This document shows, in pieces, positions 31,409 to 40,841 of a stretch of 64,000 nt of DNA (positions are counted from its first letter, which is position 1; every line of letters starts with the position of its first letter). Origin of the DNA: Meiothermus sp. (lineage in GTDB: Bacteria; Deinococcota; Deinococci; Deinococcales; Thermaceae). The stretch is from positions 1 through 64,000 of the forward strand of contig JANRLD010000094.1 of the NCBI GenBank assembly GCA_033762915.1, read 5' to 3'. Position numbers and translations under genes: made by a program. The notes beneath the pieces were generated by a model that saw nothing but the letters and a program-made list of their open reading frames with translations, was not told the DNA's origin and did not search any database.

Positions 31409-33199
31409 TCAGTTGCGCACCAGGCGGACATCATCGATCAGGATAGCCCCTGACCCACCGGCCCGCTGGAAGTAGAGGGTGAGCGAGCTGGTGCTGGGGC
31501 CGGTGGTGAGGGTGACCGAGCGGCTGGAGTAGCTGGTGGTGAAGGGGTTGACGGTGGTCTCGGTCTTGCCCAGGAGGGTGTTGCTCGAGCTGCGCTCCTC
31601 GAGGCCGAAGAGGGCCGCGTCGCCGGCGGCGGTGGAGGGGAAGCGCAGCCAGGCCGTGACGGTATAACTGGTGTTGGGGCTGACCGCGACCGTGGTGCTG
31701 GCGATCCGCCCCGCCCCCAGCGACCCCGCCGCCTTGCCCGAGCGCTGGCCCGAGGTGGTGCGGGCGGCCCCGCCGCTGTAGGTCCAGCCGCCGCTGGTGC
31801 TCTCGAAGCCGGGGTTGGCCGAGGCCAGGTTGGTGGCGGTGGAGGTGGGCTCGACAAAGGTGGGCAGCGAGCGCAGCAGGTTGGCCGCGTCCACCATGCC
31901 GTTGCCCGAGCCGAAGTAGGTGGTACCGGCGGGCAGACGGCCGGAGGCGATGCTGCGGTTGAGGCTGTCGTTGGTGAAGAGGGTGCGGAGCAGGCGGTTC
32001 ATGAGGTCGGCCCGAACCGTTGCGTCGGTGGTCTCGCTTAGGGTTAGCGCCAGTACCCCCGAAACCAGCGGGGTGGCGAAGGAGGTGCCAGTGTACTGGG
32101 CGATCTGGCCGCCGGGGTAGGCGCTGACCACCCCCTCGCCCACCGCCCCGACCATAAAGGTCGAGCCGTAGGCCGAGAACGGCGAGAGCTGCGAGCCGCG
32201 GCTGAAGCTGCCCACCCCCATCACATAGGGGTAAGCGCCTTCGGTGAGGCTGAAGATGGCCGGGAAGAGGATGCCCTCCTGCTGGCCATTGTTGCCCACC
32301 GCCGAGGGCACGTAAACCCCGTTCTGAACCGCGGCGCCCAGCGCGGCCACCAGGGCGTCGCTCCAGCCGCTGGCCCCCAGCGAGAGGTTGATGACCTTGG
32401 CCCCCCTGGCGATGGCGTGGTTGATGGCGGCGATCACATTGTCCAGGCTGCCCGAGCCGTTGGGGCTGAGCACCCGGATGGGCAGGATGGTGGCCTTGGG
32501 GGCTACTTGCAAGATGATCCCCGCCACACCCGTACCGTGCCCAAAGGCACTGGGGGTGGTGCCGGCGTTAACCTCCTGGGGGGTGGTGTCCCCGTCAACG
32601 TAGTCCTTCCACTCGGTGCTGGGGGCCAGCCGCCCAACGAACATCGGGTGGTTGAGGTCGATCCCGGTGTCGATCACCGCAACCTTGATCCCCGAACCGT
32701 AGTTCTTGGCCAGGGCGTGGGCCTGGCGCAGTTGCATCATGGTCCAAATGGTGTTGTTCTCGGCAGGCAGCGCAGGCACTGTGCCGCCGCTGCTCCAGGC
32801 ATTCCAGCCGCTGCTCCAGGCATTCCACCCACTGCTCCAGGCGTTCCAACCGCTGCTCCAGGCATTCCAGCCGCTGGCCCCCGTGCCCAGCGCGCTGGCC
32901 ATGGGGGTGCTGAGGACGGAGTTGGTCTCGAGGGTGGTGTTCTGCATCGAGACCCCACGGGCCTGCATCTGCGCCACCGCCTCCCCCGACATCTTGAGCA
33001 CGGCCCTCTCATCGGTCCACAGCAGCAGTTCGCCGCCGTAGCGCTGGGTCACTGCTTCTTGGGTGTCGCCGGCCTCGAGCCGGACGGTGAGCAGGTGGCC
33101 GCCGGCGCCCGGCGAGCCGGCGGTGGGCGCGCTCCCGCAGGCCGCCAGGAGCGCGACGAGGGAAAGGGCCAGGGCTTGTTTGAGACGTTGAAAGGGCAT
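31409..33199 (-). CDS. S8 subtilase lipoprotein, 4 Trp heptads, C-terminal CBM4/9-like domain
   Basis: LAAC; IDTG, HGT, VGN, GTSF; NPGFES...IDDVRL tail; RBS AGGAGG before ATG 33199. Confidence 0.92.
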   Translation of the reverse strand: MPFQRLKQALALSLVALLAACGSAPTAGSPGAGGHLLTVRLEAGDTQEAVTQRYGGELLLWTDERAVLKMSGEAVAQMQARGVSMQNTTLETNSVLSTPMASALGTGASGWNAWSSGWNAWSSGWNAWSSGWNAWSSGGTVPALPAENNTIWTMMQLRQAHALAKNYGSGIKVAVIDTGIDLNHPMFVGRLAPSTEWKDYVDGDTTPQEVNAGTTPSAFGHGTGVAGIILQVAPKATILPIRVLSPNGSGSLDNVIAAINHAIARGAKVINLSLGASGWSDALVAALGAAVQNGVYVPSAVGNNGQQEGILFPAIFSLTEGAYPYVMGVGSFSRGSQLSPFSAYGSTFMVGAVGEGVVSAYPGGQIAQYTGTSFATPLVSGVLALTLSETTDATVRADLMNRLLRTLFTNDSLNRSIASGRLPAGTTYFGSGNGMVDAANLLRSLPTFVEPTSTATNLASANPGFESTSGGWTYSGGAARTTSGQRSGKAAGSLGAGRIASTTVAVSPNTSYTVTAWLRFPSTAAGDAALFGLEERSSSNTLLGKTETTVNPFTTSYSSRSVTLTTGPSTSSLTLYFQRAGGSGAILIDDVRLVRN

Positions 33200-33347
33200 T
33201 GAAAGCCTCCTTGATAATTGCGCTATGGCCCAGGATAAAAGGCGGGTGTGAATGTGTTTGAGACACACAACCGTTACCCCGCCACTTGGCGTTATGGATC
33301 AAAGAAAGGCCCCTCGAGCAAGCTCGAGGGGCCCGGTGTAAATCCAC

Positions 33348-35066
33348 TCAGTTCATCAACTGCAGCCGCCAGCGCTGGTTGTTGGCCCCGTTGCAGCCCC
33401 ACTGCACTGCGCTGGCATCGACGGCCAGGGAGCCCCCGCTGATGCCGACGCATTTGTTGGAGTGGCGGGCCACCAGCTCGTACACACTGCCCACCGGGCG
33501 CAGCGTCCACTGCTGGTTGTTAGCGCCGACCCAGCCCCACTGCTGCACCCTACCGCCATCGGCGGTAGTGGAGGCGGATACCTCCAACACCTTAGCGCTG
33601 TTGTTGTTGACCAAGCTGTAGAAGCCGCCCGCAAAGTCCAGCCGCCAGCGCTGGCTGCTGTCGGAGTTGCAGGTTTCCTGCCGCACCACAGCGCCGTCGG
33701 ATCTGGACGAGCTGGCCACGTCGAGGCAGAGGTTGCTGTTGTTGTTGACGATGCGGTACTGCGGCTGGGTCCAGCCGGGCAGCACCCGGATCAGCCGCTC
33801 CACGTCCAGCAGCCGTGCGCCCGTGATGCCGGGGTTGGGGGTGTTGGTGTTCATGCTGCCCCACAAGGCCTCGGCCACGGTATTGAAAGTAAGGCTGGGG
33901 GCTTCAGACATGGCCAGCGCAGCCGCACCACTGAACATCGGGGCGGCGAAGGAGGTGCCGGTCACGCGGGCGGTCTGGCTGCCGGGGTAGGCGGCAGCGA
34001 TGGACTCCCCGGGGGCAATGCCGTAAATGTCGGTGGCACCGTTGTTGGTGGGGTCGAGCAGGGCGGTGAAGCTCGAGATCACGTTGTCCGAGCGCACGCT
34101 GCCGATGCCCACGGTTTTCATGTAGGTCTGGTCGTACCAGCTCAGATTGGCGGGGAACAGGGCGTTGGTGTTGTTGCCGGTGTTGCCGGTAGAGGCGTAG
34201 ATGTACACGCCCCGGCTGTTGGCCCAGGCGGCGGTATCGAAGAGCGCATCCGACCAGGAGGTGCTGCCCAGCGAGACGTTGATGACCCTGGCCCCCATGT
34301 TCACCGCATGGGTGATGCCCGTGAGCACCACATCGAGGCTCCCCGCGCCGTCCTGGTTCAGCACCCGAATGGGGAGGATGGTGGCCTTGGGAGCGACCTG
34401 CAGGATGATGCTGGCCGCAGCCGTACCGTGCCCGAAGCCCCTGTTGGAGGAAGTCCCCACCTCCTGGGGGTTGTTGTCGTTGCTCACGAAGTCGCGCCAC
34501 TCGCTGCTGGGGGCCAGCCGACCGCTGAACATAGGGTGCGCGGTATCGATGCCGGTGTCCAGCACCGCCACCTTGACCCCCGCTCCGAAGCGGCGGCTGA
34601 TGGCGTGGGCCTCGCGCAGCCGGATCTGGTTCCAGGCGGTGTTATTCTCCGACGGCGGCGCACCCCCCACCCCACTGCTCCAGGCGTTCCAGCCCCCGCT
34701 CCACGCGTTCCAGCCGCTGCTCCAGGCGTTCCAGCCGCCCGACCATGCGTTCCAGCCCGCCGCCGTGACCGGGGCCGCCACTGGGGTGTTGGCCGCCAGG
34801 GTGGTGTTCTGCATCGAGATGCCCCGGGCCTGCAGCTGCGCCACGGCTTCGCTGCTCAACTTGAGGATGGCCTTATCGTCCAACCAGGCCACCATCTCGC
34901 CGCCGTACCTCTGAACGATGGACTCCTGGGTGTCACCTTCGCTGAGTTTGATGGTGAGCAGTTGGTCGCTGCCGCCTGGCGAGGTCGCCTGAAGCGGTGC
35001 ACCGCAGGCCGCCAGCAGGGCGACCAGCGATACCGCCAGGGTCAGTTTGAGCGTTTGAGCGATCAT
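33348..35066 (-). CDS. S8 subtilase lipoprotein, 4 Trp heptads, C-terminal ricin-B lectin domain
   Basis: LAAC; LDTG, HGT, TGN, GTSF; QRW/QQW repeats and CLDV. Confidence 0.93.
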   Translation of the reverse strand: MIAQTLKLTLAVSLVALLAACGAPLQATSPGGSDQLLTIKLSEGDTQESIVQRYGGEMVAWLDDKAILKLSSEAVAQLQARGISMQNTTLAANTPVAAPVTAAGWNAWSGGWNAWSSGWNAWSGGWNAWSSGVGGAPPSENNTAWNQIRLREAHAISRRFGAGVKVAVLDTGIDTAHPMFSGRLAPSSEWRDFVSNDNNPQEVGTSSNRGFGHGTAAASIILQVAPKATILPIRVLNQDGAGSLDVVLTGITHAVNMGARVINVSLGSTSWSDALFDTAAWANSRGVYIYASTGNTGNNTNALFPANLSWYDQTYMKTVGIGSVRSDNVISSFTALLDPTNNGATDIYGIAPGESIAAAYPGSQTARVTGTSFAAPMFSGAAALAMSEAPSLTFNTVAEALWGSMNTNTPNPGITGARLLDVERLIRVLPGWTQPQYRIVNNNSNLCLDVASSSRSDGAVVRQETCNSDSSQRWRLDFAGGFYSLVNNNSAKVLEVSASTTADGGRVQQWGWVGANNQQWTLRPVGSVYELVARHSNKCVGISGGSLAVDASAVQWGCNGANNQRWRLQLMN

Positions 35067-35333
35067 GATCAGGGGCCTCCTAAGACTTTGCTTCGTCTGT
35101 TCAAATTACGTGACAGGAACAGCATGGACTCACCAACACAACCGTTACTCGAGTCCCCCGCGTTACAGCAGTTTGCGGGCTGATTACCGCCGCACCACAC
35201 AGCGAAAACGCGCTGTGAAGAACAGATTTCAGACCCCCAGGTTTTTGCAGAGTTGGGAGCGAAATCCGCTAAGGCCACGATGTGACCCCAAGCCCGGGCA
35301 GGGCCGCACCCGACCGGGCGCAGGAGACTTATG

Positions 35334-35521
35334 AGTCTCCATAGTTGCAAAGCGACACACCAGCTCCTTCAAGAAATTGCGCCTCGGGTAGCCGCTCCGC
35401 GGCTATGGCGCACGCCACTCCGCCCTGGGTAGCCGCCCTGCGGCTATGGCGTACGCCACTATGTCCCGGCACGTGTTTGCCGCTTCCGCTGATACTGCGC
35501 TTCTACCCTGGCGCAACTTAC
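35334..35521. repeat. composite REP/MITE-like element, copy B
   Basis: Near-identical to 27729-27874; its end overlaps the stop codon at 35518-35520. Confidence 0.8.
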
Positions 35522-36792
35522 CAGGGCGCAGCGTTGAGGAAGTTGGCGACCTGTAGTCGGCTGGAGCCGAGCTTGCCGAAGAACGGCAGGTTCTTGAGGG
35601 TGATGGAGATGCCGTTGTTGGTCAGGGTGCCCTTCAAGCTGGATAGGTTCCCCCGGCCCTGCCCAAGGGCCAGCGCCAGCGAGCCCGAGACCAGCGGGGC
35701 CGCCATGGATGTCCCACTCCAGCTGGCAACCCGGCTGCCGGGCGCGGTGGTGGCGATGCGCTCGCCGGGCGCGGTCATGTCCAGGCTGGAGCCGTAGTTG
35801 GCAAAGCCGGACTTGACGTCGCTGGCGTCCACGCTGCTCACGCTGACCAGGTAGCTCGATGTCCCGACTAAGTCGAGGGTCTTGGACTGGCGGGCCGGGT
35901 AGTCGAGGCCGTCGGCGTTGGCGTTGCCGGCCGCCGCTACTACGTAAATCTTCCTCGAGGTGGCGCTGTTCAAGACCGCGGTGAGGGCCGCAGAGGGGCT
36001 GTCAGCGCCCAGGGAGAGGTTGATGACCTGGGCGCCTGCGCCGATGGCGGTGTTGATGGCCGCGATGACGTTAGACAGGCTGCCCGAGCCGTCGGGGCCC
36101 AGCACCCGGTAGGCCATAATCATGGCGCTGGGGGCCACCTGGGCCACGATCCCCGCCACCGCCGTCCCATGCCCGAAGCCGCGGTCGCCCATCATCCCAA
36201 CCTCCTGGGGAATGCCGTCGTTGTCCACGAAGTCGTAGCGGTCGATCAGACGCGAGGCCAGGGCCGGGTGATTGAGGTCGACGCCGCTGTCGATCACTGC
36301 CACCTTAACGTTTTGGCCCAGGTTGGAGGCCAGGGAGTGGGCCTGGCTAAGGCCGATCTGGGTCCAGAGGGCGTTGTTCTCAGTGCTGAAATTGGTGATG
36401 GAGCCGGTGCCGCTGCTCCAGGCATTCCACCCGCTGCTCCAGGCGTTCCAGCCGCTGCTCCAGGCGTTCCACCCCACCGCATTAACGGTGGACGGGGTTC
36501 TCACGCGGGTGTCGCCCTCGAGCGTAGTTCCCTGCATCGAGACCCCCCGGGACTGCAGCTGGGCCACCGCCTCGCCCGTCATCCTGAGGATGGCTTGGCC
36601 GTCCAGCCAGGCGATCACCTCGCCGCCATAGCGCTGGGCCACAGTCTCCTGGGTGTCGGCCGGCTCGAGCTGGACCGTGAGCAAGTAGCCGCTGCCGCCC
36701 GGCGAGGTTGCCTGGGTTGGAGCGCTGCCGCAGGCCGCCAGCACGGCGACCAGCGAGCCCACCAGGGCGAGTTTGAGCGTTTGAGCGATCAT
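35518..36792 (-). CDS. S8 subtilase lipoprotein, 3 Trp heptads, no C-terminal accessory domain
   Basis: LAAC; IDSG, HGT, AGN, GTSMAAP; alternative start 36798. Confidence 0.93.
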   Translation of the reverse strand: MIAQTLKLALVGSLVAVLAACGSAPTQATSPGGSGYLLTVQLEPADTQETVAQRYGGEVIAWLDGQAILRMTGEAVAQLQSRGVSMQGTTLEGDTRVRTPSTVNAVGWNAWSSGWNAWSSGWNAWSSGTGSITNFSTENNALWTQIGLSQAHSLASNLGQNVKVAVIDSGVDLNHPALASRLIDRYDFVDNDGIPQEVGMMGDRGFGHGTAVAGIVAQVAPSAMIMAYRVLGPDGSGSLSNVIAAINTAIGAGAQVINLSLGADSPSAALTAVLNSATSRKIYVVAAAGNANADGLDYPARQSKTLDLVGTSSYLVSVSSVDASDVKSGFANYGSSLDMTAPGERIATTAPGSRVASWSGTSMAAPLVSGSLALALGQGRGNLSSLKGTLTNNGISITLKNLPFFGKLGSSRLQVANFLNAAPW

Positions 36793-36960
36793 GAGCAAGG
36801 GCCTCCTTAGACTTTGCTTCGTCTGTTCAAATTACGTGGCACGAACGGCGTAGACTCATGAATAAAACCGTTACTCGAGCCCCCCGCGTTAATGCTAAAA
36901 CGTGGCCCCTCGAGTCCTGGCTCGAGGGGCCATCTGGGAACACCAAAGCGGTTTCCATGA

Positions 36961-36995
36961 ATACTCGGCACGGCAACCAACGCCGTGCCGAGTAT
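36961..36995. terminator. 14-bp stem hairpin after S8 gene
   Basis: ATACTCGGCACGGC / GCCGTGCCGAGTAT. Confidence 0.65.
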
Positions 36996-37007
36996 CGGGA
37001 AACGTGA

Positions 37008-38876
37008 TCAGTTCCCGCTGACCGCCCAGGTGACAGCGGCCTCGAAGAGGTTCCAGCCGACCGGGGTGAGCTTGCTGGCCTGGTTGTCACGCATGAAGAA
37101 GGCCACGCGCCGGGCCGGGGCGGTGCGCCCCACCATCTGGGCACCGGTGTCGTAGGCGAAGAGGTTGGCCTGGGCGGCGTTGTTGGCCATCCGCCCCACC
37201 ACCACCGCGCCGCTGCCGGGTACGCCCCAGGAGAACCACTCCCCGGCGGTGTAGACGGCGGGGTTGGAGGGGGCGCTGAGGCCCGCCGCCAGCGGGTGGG
37301 TGCCGTTCACCAGGCTGACCTGAGTCAGCTTGTCGGTGGTGCCGGACTGGCCAGCGGCGGTCAGACCCATTTCGTCGAAGACGTCGGCCCGCCACACCAC
37401 CACCGGAACCGCGACCGCGGCGAACTTGGTGTTCACGTCGCCGCCGCTGGCAGTGGCCGAGATTAGCACCAGGTCGCGCCCGGTCGCATCGGCTGTGCGG
37501 GCCTTTTTGTCTTCCCTGGGAGTCACCGAGTAGCCGAGGGACTGGAGGCGGCTGATCAGCAGGTCGTCGTTGGCGTTGGGGCTGGCTCCGCCGTGGACGA
37601 AGAGCGCGTTCTCGAGCTGGATGCCGGGCAGTCTCTGCGCGAAGCTGACCGTGTTAATCAGCCCAAACCGGCTGTTGGTGGTGCCCGCCCCGAAGGTGGA
37701 GGTGGACAGCCAGGTCGAGAGGCTGGACCAGCTGAGGCTGGAGGTCTCGCTCATGGCCAAAGCCAGGATGCCACTGACCAGCGGGGCCGCGAAGGAGGTG
37801 CCGCGCACGGTGGCGACCCGGCTTTCCGGATAGGCGGTGACGATGTTCTCGCCGGGGGCCATGAACTCCAGCGCCGTGCCCGAGTTAGAGAAGCTCGAGC
37901 GGTTGCCGTTGCCGTCCACGCTGCCCACACTAATCAGGCGGTCGGAGTTTGTGGCGTTGGCGGCCGGGAAGTCGAGGCTACCGCCCCTGTTTCCCGCCGC
38001 CGCTACAACGTAGACGCCCAGGCCGTTGACGTAGCTGATCTGGGTACGCAAGGCGGACACGTTCACGTCGGTGCCCAGCGAGAGGTTGATGATCTGCGCG
38101 CCCTGCTGGCGGGCCCAGTCGATGGCCGCCACCACGTTGTCTACGTTGCCCGAGCCGTCTGAACCCAGCACCCGGATGGGCAGGATGGTGGCGCGGGGGG
38201 CGACCTGCAGGATCAGCCCCGCCACCGCCGTACCGTGCCCATAACCCTTGTCGCCCGGTACATCTTGGGGGTTGCTGTCGCCGTCTACGTAGTCCTTCCA
38301 CTGGCTGCTGGGAGCCAGCCGGCCGGTAAACATCGGGTGGGCGAGATCCAGGCCGGTGTCGATCACCGCCACCTTGATCCCACTACCATAGTCGCGGGCT
38401 AGCGCGTGGGCTTGGGGCAGCTTGATCTGCAAGAAGGCGGGGCGGTTGCTGGGGGGTATCACCGGGATGCTGCTGCTGCCGCTGGCCCAGGCGTTCCAGC
38501 CGCTGCCCCAGGCATTCCAGCCGCTGCCCCAGGCGTTCCACCCGCTGCCCCAAGCGTTCCAGCCGCTCATGGTGGCCGGGGTGCCCACGTCGGCGTTGGC
38601 CTCGAGGGTGGTGTTCTGCATCGAGACCCCCCGGGCCTGCAGCTGGGCCACCGCCTCCTCGCCCATCCTGAGGATGGCTTGGTCGTCCAGCCACGCGATC
38701 ACCTCGCCGCCGTAGCGCTGGGCCACGGTCTCCCGGGTGTCGGCCGGCTCGAGCCGGACTGTGAGCAGATAGCCGCTGCCCCCCGGCGAGGTTGCCTGGG
38801 GCGGAGTGCCCCCACAGGCTGCCACAACCGCAATGAGCGAAAGCGCAAGAGCCTGTTTGATGTACCGAAGTCTCAT
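37008..38876 (-). CDS. S8 subtilase lipoprotein, 4 Trp heptads, ~200-aa uncharacterised C-terminal domain
   Basis: VAAC; IDTG, HGT, AGN, GTSF; distinct tail ALFVHGG...HPLAAGL...TWAVSGN. Confidence 0.92.
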   Translation of the reverse strand: MRLRYIKQALALSLIAVVAACGGTPPQATSPGGSGYLLTVRLEPADTRETVAQRYGGEVIAWLDDQAILRMGEEAVAQLQARGVSMQNTTLEANADVGTPATMSGWNAWGSGWNAWGSGWNAWGSGWNAWASGSSSIPVIPPSNRPAFLQIKLPQAHALARDYGSGIKVAVIDTGLDLAHPMFTGRLAPSSQWKDYVDGDSNPQDVPGDKGYGHGTAVAGLILQVAPRATILPIRVLGSDGSGNVDNVVAAIDWARQQGAQIINLSLGTDVNVSALRTQISYVNGLGVYVVAAAGNRGGSLDFPAANATNSDRLISVGSVDGNGNRSSFSNSGTALEFMAPGENIVTAYPESRVATVRGTSFAAPLVSGILALAMSETSSLSWSSLSTWLSTSTFGAGTTNSRFGLINTVSFAQRLPGIQLENALFVHGGASPNANDDLLISRLQSLGYSVTPREDKKARTADATGRDLVLISATASGGDVNTKFAAVAVPVVVWRADVFDEMGLTAAGQSGTTDKLTQVSLVNGTHPLAAGLSAPSNPAVYTAGEWFSWGVPGSGAVVVGRMANNAAQANLFAYDTGAQMVGRTAPARRVAFFMRDNQASKLTPVGWNLFEAAVTWAVSGN

Positions 38877-39075
38877 GTTATACCCCCTGCACCATCCAGC
38901 ATAGGTCGCAGGGTTGGCGGGGGTTCATCATGCAACCGTAACGCAACCGTCTTGCGTTACAGCGGTTTTACCGCGCGTCGCCGGTTGCGCGTGGCCGTAT
39001 GCACATTGAGGGGTACCCGGCCCCAAACACGGTTCTGCCGTGCGGCAGACCGCGGTTCTGGAAAATCGGTGGCCC

Positions 39076-39699
39076 TCAGCGTACGGGCTGGCGCAGGACG
39101 GTTTTGAGCCTGTCGGGCCGGCTCTTGCGGGGGTCGCCGAGGTAGATTTCGTGGTGTTTTTGCACCCGCCCATCAAAGCGGCAGCCCCCGGCGTGGATGA
39201 AGCCGTGCAACTTTTGGACGGTCGGGCCTTCGGCACTGTAGGGGCCGAGGTGCAAGACCTGGGCGGCGTGCCCTTCGCAGAAGGGCTCGAGCCGTACCTT
39301 ATCCAAAGCGGGCAGGTGCTTCTTGCGGCGCAGCTCACCGCGCAGCTGTTCAAGCCGCTCGGGGGTTACTGCGGCGGGCTGGGCGATCATCATCGTCCAG
39401 CGCCAGTCACCCTTGCGCTCGAGGCCGAACTCGGCCATGTCCTCGGCCCACCACAGCCCCTCGAGCGGCCCCACCTTATAGTCCTGGCCTCCGGCCTTCT
39501 TTAGGGCGAACTTGAGGCCGTAAGCGAGGGCGTACAAAGCTTCGAGGGCCTGGTGGTAGCCCTCGGAGGTGTTGGGATCGCCTTGCCCGTCGATCATCAA
39601 GAACTGCGCGGCGGGCACTTCAACCCACTCGGGGGTGGTGCGGGCCTGGTAGAAATCCTCGAGGCCCGTGGAGACCAACCTGACCTCGCCCGTATTCAT
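39076..39699 (-). CDS. GyrI-like small-molecule-binding domain protein
   Basis: FLMIDGQGDPN, PLEGLWW, HLGPY, HHEIYLGDPR. Confidence 0.88.
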   Translation of the reverse strand: MNTGEVRLVSTGLEDFYQARTTPEWVEVPAAQFLMIDGQGDPNTSEGYHQALEALYALAYGLKFALKKAGGQDYKVGPLEGLWWAEDMAEFGLERKGDWRWTMMIAQPAAVTPERLEQLRGELRRKKHLPALDKVRLEPFCEGHAAQVLHLGPYSAEGPTVQKLHGFIHAGGCRFDGRVQKHHEIYLGDPRKSRPDRLKTVLRQPVR

Positions 39700-39759
39700 A
39701 AGAGCGCTCCTTTAGGTGTCGGCTGGGACGGCTCTGACAGTCCCGGCCGACGGCACAAA

Positions 39760-40227
39760 TTAGTTGCGGGCGTAGTAGCGCCGCACCGAGGGCAGCACAC
39801 ACAGTCCGCAGATCAGCAAGCCCAGCGCGAACATGGCCGGCTGTAGCCAGAACAGCCACCCCATCGTGGCGACCTGGTAGACGATCCAAACCATCTGGGC
39901 CAGCCCAACCCCAAAGGCCAGGCCCCAAACCCAGTGGATGTGGAGCGTGTTCTCGAGGCCACCCGCCAGGCCCCAGTCGGGCCGCAGCCAGAGCACAAAC
40001 ACCGTGAGCATGGGCAAGACCCCCAACACGGTGAACAGCAGCAGGCCGGGTATGAAGTAGTCGGAAAAGGCTGTGCGGGAGAGCCACTGGGTCGGCAGGC
40101 CCATCCGCCCGCCGCTGGGATCGCTCAGAAGGCTGTAGCCGCCGTACAGGGCTCCGGCGCCCACCACCACCAGCGCCCCCGATAGCCCATACAGCCCCGC
40201 AGGCCGAACTTGTCGCGTCGCTCGCAT
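39760..40227 (-). CDS. membrane protein
   Basis: Four hydrophobic segments; GALYGG...FSDYFIPGLLLF. Confidence 0.8.
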   Translation of the reverse strand: MRATRQVRPAGLYGLSGALVVVGAGALYGGYSLLSDPSGGRMGLPTQWLSRTAFSDYFIPGLLLFTVLGVLPMLTVFVLWLRPDWGLAGGLENTLHIHWVWGLAFGVGLAQMVWIVYQVATMGWLFWLQPAMFALGLLICGLCVLPSVRRYYARN

Positions 40228-40240
40228 CAAGCCACCTCCT

Positions 40241-40711
40241 TCAAACCTGCTTGGGTATTCCGCCCGTCAGGTTCATCCACCAGCGAACGCAGCGGTGTCC
40301 GACGTCGGCGGTGCGGCAGTACATCATCGGGCAGCCGCCGGGAATTACCGTGAGGCCCTTGCCGCGCCCGTAGGCCACGGCCTTATCGCAGACGCTGCTG
40401 CCCATTCCCCTGTGCATCCAGACCCGGCCGATGCCCAGCTCCGCACACTGCTCGACGATCTTTTCGGTCACTTCGGGCCGGGTGACGATCACCGCCCCGT
40501 CCACCTTGATTGGGATGGATTTGAGGTCGGGGTAGGCGGGGTCGCCCTCGAGGGTCGTGGCCTTGGGGTTAACCGCGAAGACCCTGTAGCCCTCGGCGCG
40601 CAGCTTGCGGTAGATGGCGTTGGCGGCGTCGTCCTTGGTGCTCGAGACCCCCACCACCGCAATGTTTTTCTGGCTCAGGAACTCTTGGGTTGCTTGCTGC
40701 ATGGTCGGCAT
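40241..40711 (-). CDS. CoA-binding domain protein
   Basis: IAVVGVS, VFAVNP, VWMH, GGCPMM; alternative start 40723. Confidence 0.88.
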   Translation of the reverse strand: MPTMQQATQEFLSQKNIAVVGVSSTKDDAANAIYRKLRAEGYRVFAVNPKATTLEGDPAYPDLKSIPIKVDGAVIVTRPEVTEKIVEQCAELGIGRVWMHRGMGSSVCDKAVAYGRGKGLTVIPGGCPMMYCRTADVGHRCVRWWMNLTGGIPKQV

Positions 40712-40713
40712 AG

Positions 40714-40788
40714 GTGTCTCCATAGTTGGAATGCGAAATTTCGCCCGCCAGCTCCCGCAGGGAATCGCGCCCCGGGTAGCCGCTCCGC
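40714..40788. repeat. partial copy C of the composite repeat
   Basis: TCGCCCGCCAGCTCCCGCAGGGAAT-GCGCC-CGGGTAGCCGCTC shared with copy A. Confidence 0.7.
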
Positions 40789-40841
40789 CTCGGAACGCAA
40801 CACTTGCCCCCTCGGAACTAGCAGATTCACTGCGGCGCACC

